64,000 nt of DNA from Oscillospiraceae bacterium (GCA_015063725.1 SVTP01000003.1:23194-87193), one strand, 5' to 3'. Shown: positions 27,951 through 35,746, counted from the stretch's first letter. The notes: generated by a model from the sequence alone, not told the origin. Numbers and translations: made by a program.

Positions 27951-30235
27951 AGCTTGTTCCTCTGAATTTTTCCGCTTGTTGTCTTGGGCAATTCATCGCA
28001 GAAGACCACAAGACGGGGGTATTTGTAGGGAGCGGTGTGCTCCTTAACGTAGGTTTGAATTTCTTTTTTGAGTTCCTCTGTGGGTTCTGTTCCCTTGGTA
28101 AGAACAATGGATGCCTTGACGATCTGTCCTCTTACCTCATCGGGAGCGGCGGAAACGCCGCACTCAAGAACGTAAGGCAGCTCCATAATAACGCTCTCAA
28201 TTTCAAAGGGACCAATGCGGTAGCCCGAGGACTTGATGACGTCATCGGCACGTCCTACGTACCAATAGAAGCCGTCCTCATCGCGCCAAGCAACGTCGCC
28301 GGTGTGGTAGTAACCGTCGTGCCAGACCTCTGCGGTCTTTTCCGCGTCGCGATAGTAGCCTGTAAAGAGTCCGCAAGGCGCTCCGTTTTTGACGTTGACA
28401 ACGATCTCACCGCTCTCACCAACAGAAACGGGATTGCCGTCGGCGTCCACAAGAGAAACATCATAAATCGGTGCGGGCTTACCCATAGAGCCGATCTTAT
28501 GCGGTGCACCGATCATATTACCGATGATCATGGTGCTCTCGGTCTGTCCAAAGCCTTCGAGAATTTGCAGTCCCGTTGCCTTTTCAAACTGGCGGTAGAC
28601 CTCGGGGTTGAGTGCTTCGCCCGCCGTTGTCATGTGCTTGACGGAAGAAAGATCGTATTTGGAAATGTCTTGCTTGATCATCATGCGCAGCATTGTGGGC
28701 GGCGCGCAGAAGGTTGTGATGTTGTATTTTGCAAACATCGGCAAGATCTCGGCAGCATCAAAGCGGTCAAAGTCGTAAACAAAGGTTGCCGCCTCACACA
28801 GCCACTGACCGTAGAGCTTTCCCCACATTGCCTTTGCCCAGCCCGTATCCGAGATGGTAAAATGTAAGCCGTTGGGATCGGCATTGTGCCAATATTTTGC
28901 GGTATGGAAGTGTCCGAGTGCGTACTTGTAATTGTGCGCCGCGATCTTGGGGTATCCTGTGGTTCCCGAAGTAAAGAACATCAGCATCAGATCGTCACCG
29001 CCGGGTGCATCCTCGCCTCGGTTGTAGTGCGAGCTGTAAAGCGTGTATTCTTCATCAAAGCTTCTCCAGCCCTCTCTTGTGCCGCCAACGATCAAGAAAT
29101 TCTTGAGCTCGGGACAGGTTTTTGCTGCGAGTTCGATTTGATGTGCGGTGTTGCCATCGGCAGTACAAAGAACCGTATTGATGCCTGCGGCTTGGAAGCG
29201 GTATTCAAAGTCATGCTCCTGCAACTGATTGGGAGCGGGGATGGCAATAGCACCAAGCTTGTTCAAGCCAAGCATAGCAAACCAGAACTGATAGTGGCGC
29301 TTGAGAACGAGCATGACGCGATCGCCCTTTTTGATGCCCAGCGACTTGAAATAGTTGGCACACTGTGCCGATGCTTTTTTGATATCCTTAAAGGTAAATC
29401 TTCGCTCGGTCTTATCCCCTGCAATGTGCAGCATTGCCAGCTTTTGCGGTTCTTTATCGGCAAGAGCATCCACAAGATCGAATGCAAAGTTAAAGTTTTC
29501 GATATTTTTAAATTGGATGGATGTAGGAGTTCCGTTTTCGTCTTCTTCAACGTCAATAAACTGTTGATAGATGCGCTCCTTGGTATCCTTTTGAATGGTG
29601 GCAGTTCCCCGCACGAGCTTTGCGGGCGTCAATTCGGGAATGGGCTCACCCGTAGGATTGAGCACGATCGCATAGAATTCGCAATCCTGACCGTCAACGG
29701 CAATCATACCGTGCGGAGCGCTACTGTCATAATAGATGCTGTCGCCTGCGCGCAGAACCTCTTTGTGCGAGCCGACCTGCACCATCAGGCTACCCGAGAT
29801 GACGATGTCGATCTCCTGACCTGCGTGTGTAGTCAGCTCGATATCCTTGTGTAGTGCTTCTTCGTTGTATTCACTGCGAACAAGCAAGGGCTCGGCAATT
29901 CGGTTTTGGAACGCGTATGCCAGGTTGTAGTAGGTCATGCCGTGTGCCTGCTCAATACGCTGTCCCGCGCCGTTTCGAGTGACCGTGTAGGACTTGAGCT
30001 TGGGGCTGACACCGTCGATGATGTCGGTAACGTTGACGCCAAAAGCCAATGCACAACGGTAGATAAACGCAAAGTTGAGGTCACTCTGCCCGTTTTCGCA
30101 CGCCAAGTATTCTTCAATCGTAACGTCGGTTTTTGCCGCCATCTCCTCGGGAGTATAGCGTGTAATTTCGCGCAACTCTCGAATACGCTCTGCCATCTCT
30201 CGGATCTTGAAATCCAATCCGCTCATTTGTTTCAT
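27947..30235 (-). CDS. HTH(XRE)-cupin fused to an AMP-forming short/medium-chain acyl-CoA synthetase (paralog B)
   Basis: 762 aa from the ATG at 30235, with a GGAGAG RBS. The N-terminus has an HTH (ITRYTPEEMAAKTDVTIEEY) and a cupin (HAGQEIDIVISG...HGM). The ligase part carries FFTSGTTGYPK, GFGQTE, TGDVAWRDEDGFYWYVGRADDVIKSSGYRIGPFE and SGKIQR. The ORF-track start at 30328 lies inside the T-box core and is rejected. Confidence 0.85.
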   Translation of the reverse strand: MKQMSGLDFKIREMAERIRELREITRYTPEEMAAKTDVTIEEYLACENGQSDLNFAFIYRCALAFGVNVTDIIDGVSPKLKSYTVTRNGAGQRIEQAHGMTYYNLAYAFQNRIAEPLLVRSEYNEEALHKDIELTTHAGQEIDIVISGSLMVQVGSHKEVLRAGDSIYYDSSAPHGMIAVDGQDCEFYAIVLNPTGEPIPELTPAKLVRGTATIQKDTKERIYQQFIDVEEDENGTPTSIQFKNIENFNFAFDLVDALADKEPQKLAMLHIAGDKTERRFTFKDIKKASAQCANYFKSLGIKKGDRVMLVLKRHYQFWFAMLGLNKLGAIAIPAPNQLQEHDFEYRFQAAGINTVLCTADGNTAHQIELAAKTCPELKNFLIVGGTREGWRSFDEEYTLYSSHYNRGEDAPGGDDLMLMFFTSGTTGYPKIAAHNYKYALGHFHTAKYWHNADPNGLHFTISDTGWAKAMWGKLYGQWLCEAATFVYDFDRFDAAEILPMFAKYNITTFCAPPTMLRMMIKQDISKYDLSSVKHMTTAGEALNPEVYRQFEKATGLQILEGFGQTESTMIIGNMIGAPHKIGSMGKPAPIYDVSLVDADGNPVSVGESGEIVVNVKNGAPCGLFTGYYRDAEKTAEVWHDGYYHTGDVAWRDEDGFYWYVGRADDVIKSSGYRIGPFEIESVIMELPYVLECGVSAAPDEVRGQIVKASIVLTKGTEPTEELKKEIQTYVKEHTAPYKYPRLVVFCDELPKTTSGKIQRNKL

Positions 30236-30263
30236 GTTTTCTCTCCGTTTCTTGCCCGGGAAC

Positions 30264-30540
30264 CAAAAATGCACTCGTCCCAAGCGAAAATAACCTTGAG
30301 ACGAGTGCAATAACACCCGCGGTACCACTCAAATTGCGACAAAGTCGCCACTCTTGGAGCCTGACAGCTCCTATGCATTAACGCAGCAATCACGGAAGGG
30401 TTCTACTGGAGCGTGCTCGTTCTTCCCTTCGGCTCGGAAGCTACAAATGCCGGTAAAGTCCAATGGCTTGCACCAAACGCCATCTCTCTGCAAAGACCTG
30501 TTTCCAACATCCTCTTCGTCAGTGCCTTTCTAAATTATAA
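30264..30540 (-). promoter_or_regulatory. T-box riboswitch leader, specifier read as GUA (Val)
   Basis: Stem I has a K-turn (CUGAC/CGA), a GAAG/CUUC lower helix, an AGAGAG bulge and an AUGGC-GUUUGGUGCAA-GCCAU distal loop. The T-box core is AAUUUGAGUGGUACCGCGGG (30316-30335) and the terminator is GCACUCGUC...GACGAGUGC+AUUUUUG (30264-30308). The specifier GUA-G lies at 30441-30444. Confidence 0.8.
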
Positions 30541-30543
30541 AGT

Positions 30544-30572
30544 ATTGTATCACACTTTTGGTTATTTGTCAA
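30544..30572 (-). promoter_or_regulatory. sigma-A promoter of the Val T-box operon
   Basis: TTGACA (30567-30572), a 17-nt spacer, then TACAAT (30544-30549). Confidence 0.6.
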
Positions 30573-30611
30573 TAGATTTTATAATATTTCCAATATTATA
30601 TATTGGCAATA

Positions 30612-32879
30612 TCAAAGTTTATTTCTCTGAATCTTGCCGCTGATGGTTTTGGGCAGTTCATCGCGGAAAACAACCACGCGGGGGTATTTGTAGGGCGCGG
30701 TATGCTCTTTGACATAAGTTTGAATCTCTTTTTTGAGCTCTTCGGTGGGTTCTGTTCCCTTTGTAAGAACAATAGACGCCTTGACAATCTGTCCTCTGAC
30801 CTCGTCGGGCATAGCGGATACACCGCACTCGAGAACGTAAGGCAGCTCCATAATAACGCTTTCGATCTCAAAGGGACCGATGCGGTAGCCGGAGGACTTG
30901 ATAACGTCATCTACGCGACCAACGTACCAATAGAAACCGTCCTCATCGCGCCAAGCGGTGTCACCCGTATGATACATACCGTCATGCCAAACCTCGGCGG
31001 TCTTTTCTTCGTTCTTGTAGTATCCCGCAAAGAGTCCGCAAGGAACCTTTTTGTCGGTACGGACAACGATCTCACCAACCTCACCAACCGCTACGGGATT
31101 GCCGTCGGGATCAACGATATCAACGTCATAAAGCGGAATAGGCTTACCCATGGAGCCGAGCTTGTGCGTGCCGCCAATCAGATTTGCAATGGTGAGCGTC
31201 AGCTCGGTCTGCCCAAAGCCTTCCATGATCTGTAGTCCCGTTGCCTTTTCAAACTGACGGTAAACCTCGGGGTTGAGTGCTTCGCCCGCGGTGGTCATAT
31301 GCTTGATGGAAGAAAGATCGTATTTGGAGATGTCTTCCTTGATCATCATGCGCAGCATCGTGGGGGGCGCACAGAAGGTGGTGATATTGTATTTTGCAAA
31401 CATGGGAAGGATATCCGCTGCCGAGAAGCGGTCAAAGTCATAGGTAAAGACCGCGCCCTCACACAGCCACTGACCGTAGAGCTTGCCCCAAAGTGCCTTG
31501 CCCCATCCTGTTTCGGAAATGGTAAAGTGGAGACTGCCGTCACTGACGCCGTGCCAATGCTTGGCGGTAACAAAGTGACCGAGCGGATATTTGTAGGTAT
31601 GCGCTGCAATTTTGGGATACCCTGTGGTTCCCGATGTAAAGAACATCAACATCAGATCGTCACCACAGGGGGTGTCATCAGTACGATAGAAGTGCGTGCT
31701 GTAAAGACCGAATTCCTCGTCAAAGTCTCTCCAGCCGTCGCGCTTGCCGCCAACGAGAACCTTGGTGGTGAGCACCGGGCACTTCTGTTGTGCAAGGTCA
31801 ACCTGATGGGCAACATCACCGTCGGCTGTGCAGATGATCGCACTAACGTCGGCTGCTTCAAAGCGGTATTCAAAGTCATGCGCCTGCAGCTGATTGGTCG
31901 CGGGAATAACGATAGCACCCAGCTTGTGCAAGCCGAGAATTGCGAACCAGAACTGATAGTGGCGCTTGAGAACGAGCATGACACGGTCGCCCTTTTTGAT
32001 GCCCATGGATTTGAAATAGTTTGCGCACTGTGCCGAGGCGCGTTTCATATCGTTAAAGGTAAAGCGACGCTCGGTCTTATCGTTTGCAATGTGGATCATG
32101 GCAAGCTTGTCGGGTTCCTTTTGTGCAATGGCATCCACAACATCAAAGCCAAAGTTGAATTTGTCCTCATCGTGGAAATCGATGGACTGCAACAGACCGT
32201 TTTCGTCCTCGACTGTGGAGATAAAACGGTCGCAGACCAACTCTCTCTTTGGGGTACGCATGGGGATCAGTGTATCTCTGATCACGTCCTCTTTTTCGTT
32301 CTCACCGGGCAAAACAACTGCCACAAATAGGCAATCCTCGCCATCGATTGCGATCATACCGTGAGGGGTGGAGCTGTTGTAATAAATACTGTCACCCTCA
32401 CCGAGATACTCGACGTTATCGCCAACCTGCACCTTGAGCTTGCCTTTGAGTACCATGTCAAACTCCTGCCCGGAGTGCTTTGTCAGGTGGATGGGACGGT
32501 TTTGCAGATCGGGGTTATATTCGTAGCGAACCCAATAGGGCTCAGCCAGCTTTTTGCGGAACATGGGGGCTAAGTTGGAAATCTCAATGCCATCCTCTTT
32601 TGCCGTTTGCTGTCCCTGACCACGGCGCGTGACCGTGTAGGACGAAAGATGCGCACTGCGGCCTTCCAAAAGGTCGGTCATGCCAATGCCAAACGCCTGC
32701 GCACATTTATAAATAAAGGTAAACGGAAAATCCAACTCACCGCTTTCATACCTGCAGTACTCGGCAACCGATACCTCGGTCTTCTCTGCCATGGTTTCAA
32801 CGCTGAAATCAAAAATTTCACGCATTTCGCGAATTCGAAGCGCAACCTCCTGCAAAGTGTTAGATGATAAGTTCGACAT
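30612..32879 (-). CDS. HTH(XRE)-cupin fused to an AMP-forming short/medium-chain acyl-CoA synthetase (paralog A)
   Basis: 755 aa from the ATG at 32879, with an AGGAGG RBS. It has the same architecture as 27947-30235, and the ligase half is nearly identical (FFTSGTTGYPKIAAH, ILPMFAKYNITTFCAPPTMLRMMIK, GYRIGPFEIESVIMELPYVLECGVSA). The ORF-track start at 32963 lies inside the T-box and is rejected. Confidence 0.85.
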   Translation of the reverse strand: MSNLSSNTLQEVALRIREMREIFDFSVETMAEKTEVSVAEYCRYESGELDFPFTFIYKCAQAFGIGMTDLLEGRSAHLSSYTVTRRGQGQQTAKEDGIEISNLAPMFRKKLAEPYWVRYEYNPDLQNRPIHLTKHSGQEFDMVLKGKLKVQVGDNVEYLGEGDSIYYNSSTPHGMIAIDGEDCLFVAVVLPGENEKEDVIRDTLIPMRTPKRELVCDRFISTVEDENGLLQSIDFHDEDKFNFGFDVVDAIAQKEPDKLAMIHIANDKTERRFTFNDMKRASAQCANYFKSMGIKKGDRVMLVLKRHYQFWFAILGLHKLGAIVIPATNQLQAHDFEYRFEAADVSAIICTADGDVAHQVDLAQQKCPVLTTKVLVGGKRDGWRDFDEEFGLYSTHFYRTDDTPCGDDLMLMFFTSGTTGYPKIAAHTYKYPLGHFVTAKHWHGVSDGSLHFTISETGWGKALWGKLYGQWLCEGAVFTYDFDRFSAADILPMFAKYNITTFCAPPTMLRMMIKEDISKYDLSSIKHMTTAGEALNPEVYRQFEKATGLQIMEGFGQTELTLTIANLIGGTHKLGSMGKPIPLYDVDIVDPDGNPVAVGEVGEIVVRTDKKVPCGLFAGYYKNEEKTAEVWHDGMYHTGDTAWRDEDGFYWYVGRVDDVIKSSGYRIGPFEIESVIMELPYVLECGVSAMPDEVRGQIVKASIVLTKGTEPTEELKKEIQTYVKEHTAPYKYPRVVVFRDELPKTISGKIQRNKL

Positions 32880-32895
32880 TTTGGTTTCCTCCTTT

Positions 32896-33170
32896 TCAAA
32901 AAATAAAACACCCGTCTCAATTCTTTGAGACGGGTGTGAAAATACACTCGCGGTACCACTCAAATTGCGACATTGTCGCCACTCTTGGAATCAAACAATT
33001 CCTATGCCTTGACGCAGCAATCACGGGAAATTCTACTTGAACACAGTCTTTCGAACATCCGGCTCGGAAGTGATGGGTCTTGAGTAACTTTGTCATCGGT
33101 TCACACCAACACCGACTCTCTGCGGGCATCCTTATTCGACCTTCTTCGTCATCGCCTTTTTCAAATTACG
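32896..33170 (-). promoter_or_regulatory. T-box riboswitch leader, specifier read as AUC (Ile)
   Basis: Stem I reads GGC-GAUGAC-GAAG...CUUC-CGA-GCC, with an AGAGAG bulge and a GUCGGU-GUUGGUGUGA-ACCGAU distal loop. The T-box core is AAUUUGAGUGGUACCGCG (32948-32965) and the terminator is ACACCCGUCUC...GAGACGGGUGU+UUUAUUUUUU (32896-32937). The specifier AUC-A lies at 33071-33074. Confidence 0.8.
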
Positions 33171-33173
33171 TGT

Positions 33174-33202
33174 AGTATACCACACAAAAAAGTGTTTGTC
33201 AA
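33174..33202 (-). promoter_or_regulatory. sigma-A promoter of the Ile T-box unit
   Basis: TTGACA (33197-33202), a 17-nt spacer, then TATACT (33174-33179). Confidence 0.6.
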
Positions 33203-33230
33203 TAGTTTTTTTAAAACTTTTTTCAAAAAA

Positions 33231-33962
33231 TCAATCGCAGTTTTCCCAGTTGTGGTAAACGTCCATAACGTCGTCATCCTCTTCGAGCTTTTCAATCAGA
33301 AGATTCATAAATTTGATGTCATCTTCGCTCTCAAGAGTAACGGACGTGGAAGCCTGCTTGGTCTTGTCGGCAGAGAGAATCTCATAGCCTGCGGCTCTGA
33401 GATCTTCCTGAATGTTGTAAACGTCATCGGGCTCGGTGGTGATGATGAAAACGTCACCCTCTGCCTTGAAATCTGCTGCGCCTGCCTCAAGTGCTTGCTC
33501 CATCAGTTTATCCTCGTCAACGTCGCCGTCCTCGTTGTTGATAACGATCTCGCCAACGTCGGTGAAGAGGTATCCAACGCAACCTGTCTGACCCATGTTG
33601 CCGTGGTATTTGGAGAAGTAGGAACGCACGTTACCCGCGGTACGGTTGCGGTTGTCGGTGGTAGCGGTTACCAGGACGGCAACGCCTGCGGGACCGTAGC
33701 CCTCGTAGGAAACCTCTTCGTAGCTTTCACCGCCGCCGCCAAGTGCTTTTTTGATGCAACGCTCGATGTTATCGTTGGGAACGTTGTTTGCCTTTGCCTT
33801 TTGGATCAGGTCGCGCAGCTTGGAGTTGTTGTTGGGATCTCCGCCGCCCTCTTTTACGGCGATGGTGATCTCTTTGCCGATCTTGGTAAAGATCTTACCC
33901 TTTGCGGCATCGGTTTTTTCTTTTTTGTGCTTGATATTCGCCCATTTGCTATGTCCGGACAT
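33231..33962 (-). CDS. yebC: YebC/PmpR-family transcriptional regulator
   Basis: MSGHSKWANIKHKKEKTDAAKGKIFTK...NNVPNDNIERCIKKA. Confidence 0.9.
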   Translation of the reverse strand: MSGHSKWANIKHKKEKTDAAKGKIFTKIGKEITIAVKEGGGDPNNNSKLRDLIQKAKANNVPNDNIERCIKKALGGGGESYEEVSYEGYGPAGVAVLVTATTDNRNRTAGNVRSYFSKYHGNMGQTGCVGYLFTDVGEIVINNEDGDVDEDKLMEQALEAGAADFKAEGDVFIITTEPDDVYNIQEDLRAAGYEILSADKTKQASTSVTLESEDDIKFMNLLIEKLEEDDDVMDVYHNWENCD

Positions 33963-34012
33963 AATGATTCATCCTTTCGATATATAGAATATTTTATTGA
34001 AACCAAAATTGA

Positions 34013-35746
34013 TCAAACCTTTTCTGTCTTGGAAAGACAAATGAGGTCGAATGCGTTACCGAGAACGATCTTGGTAGCCTCGGTAAGCTTTACGCGGGAT
34101 GCGCGTACGGCGGGATCATCGGCACCGAGAATGGTGCAGTTGTGATAGAAGCGGTTAAACGCAGCGGCAACGTCAAGAATAAAGCGCGTAATGTAGCTGG
34201 GTTCATAATCGGCGATCGCCGAGCAAACTCTCTCACCAAAACGGCAGAGCGTTTTGACGAGTGCGGCTTCTTCCTCGGTGGTGATCTGTACGGGAGCATC
34301 TGCCACATTCCCTGCGCGGCTCAGTACCGAGCAAGCGCGTGCGTAGGTGTACTGCACGTAAGGACCGGTGTTGCCCTCAAAGCTGAGTGCTTCCTCAAGA
34401 CTGAAGTTGATGTCCTTAATGCGGTTGTTTGTCAGATAGTAGAAAACGATTGCGCCAACACCGATTGCCTCGGCAACAGCTTCTTTGTTTTCAAGGTTGG
34501 GATTCTTTTCGTCCATGATGCCCCTTACCTTATCAACTGCCGCCTCGAAAAGGTCCTTGAGCAGAACGACATTTCCGGTTCTGGTAGCCAATTTAGCACC
34601 GTTGATGGACACAGTGCCATATGGAACGTGGACAAGCTTATCATACCAATCATAGCCCATCAATTCAACGACCTTATACCATTGCTTGAAGTGAAGAATT
34701 TGCTGTGTGCTTGTTACGTAAATACACTTATCAAAATCGTATAATTGCTTTCTATCGTAAGCAGCAGCTATATCACGGGTGGGATACAAAGAAGAACCGT
34801 CACGCTTTAAAATCAAGCAAGGTGGCATTCCATATTCGCTCAAATCAACCAAGGATGCTCCGTCATCTATTTTGAGGAGTCCCATCTCTCTGAGTTTTGC
34901 AACTTGTGCAGGCATATCCTCGGTGTAGCTGCTCTCACCCTTGTAGCTATCAAACGTGATGCCAAGCTGTTGGTAAATCTTATCGTTTGCCTTGATGGAG
35001 AGCTTTACGAGCCAGCGCCAAAGAGCGAGATTTTCCTCATCGCCCATTTCCATTTTGTGGAATTCGGCTCTTGCTTCGTCAGCAAGAGAAGGATCGGCTA
35101 CAATACCTATTTCCTCATTGCCGGAAATCGCATTGTTGATGCGTACATACAAATCCACCAGCGCATCTACACCGCCGTTTTCGACTTCCTCTCTGTTGCC
35201 CCATTTCTTGTAGGCAACAATCAATTTGCCAAACTGTGTACCCCAGTCACCAATATAGTTGATGCCAACACAACGGTATCCGGCAAACTCGTGGAGCTTT
35301 TTGATGGAGTGACCGATTACGGTGGTACCAAGATGCCCGATGTGGAAGGGCTTTGCAAGATTGGGGGAGGAATAATCCAAAACAACAGTCTTCCCTTTTC
35401 CAAACTCCTGTGCGCCATAATTCTCTTTTTTATCAAGAATTTCAGGAAGCACACTTTGGGCAAGGTAAGTATTACTGATTTTAATGTTCAAATATCCGTT
35501 GACTGCTTCAACAGTATCTATTGCAGCGTCATTCAAAAGCTCTGTCATAGCTGCCGCAATCTGCACGGGAGAACGGCGCAAAACCTTGCTGAGCTTGAAA
35601 CAAGGAAATGCGAGGTCGCCCATGTTGCTATCGGGCGGATACTCGAGCATAGCGGCAACGTCTTGCGCGTTAAGTTGGGCTTCTGCATTGATCTGCACTA
35701 CGGCAGAAACGATTTTTTCGGCAATGCGTGATTTAATGGTTTGCAT
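34013..35746 (-). CDS. argS: arginine--tRNA ligase
   Basis: SSPNLAKPFHIGHL (the HIGH motif), a class I fold and a C-terminal anticodon-binding DALR region. I chose the ATG at 35746 (MQTIKSR), because the ORF-track start is a TTG five codons upstream. Confidence 0.9.
   Translation of the reverse strand: MQTIKSRIAEKIVSAVVQINAEAQLNAQDVAAMLEYPPDSNMGDLAFPCFKLSKVLRRSPVQIAAAMTELLNDAAIDTVEAVNGYLNIKISNTYLAQSVLPEILDKKENYGAQEFGKGKTVVLDYSSPNLAKPFHIGHLGTTVIGHSIKKLHEFAGYRCVGINYIGDWGTQFGKLIVAYKKWGNREEVENGGVDALVDLYVRINNAISGNEEIGIVADPSLADEARAEFHKMEMGDEENLALWRWLVKLSIKANDKIYQQLGITFDSYKGESSYTEDMPAQVAKLREMGLLKIDDGASLVDLSEYGMPPCLILKRDGSSLYPTRDIAAAYDRKQLYDFDKCIYVTSTQQILHFKQWYKVVELMGYDWYDKLVHVPYGTVSINGAKLATRTGNVVLLKDLFEAAVDKVRGIMDEKNPNLENKEAVAEAIGVGAIVFYYLTNNRIKDINFSLEEALSFEGNTGPYVQYTYARACSVLSRAGNVADAPVQITTEEEAALVKTLCRFGERVCSAIADYEPSYITRFILDVAAAFNRFYHNCTILGADDPAVRASRVKLTEATKIVLGNAFDLICLSKTEKV

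Noticed and set aside
30236-30328. N-terminal extensions of the two ligase ORFs given in the ORF track (starts at 30328 and 32963)
   Set aside because: The extra codons run through the T-box core and terminator hairpins. Internal ATGs at 30235 and 32879 have good RBSs and begin the conserved HTH domain.
30441-30446. Alternative reading of the second T-box specifier as UGU (Cys), or UUU/AUU one or more nucleotides upstream
   Set aside because: Register relative to the lower helix in all three paralogous leaders favours GUA followed by an unpaired purine. The antiterminator bulge is UGGU, predicting an A73 tRNA, whereas tRNA-Cys classically has U73. The operon content (OFOR plus ilvE) fits Val. 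Confirmation by a covariance model is still needed.
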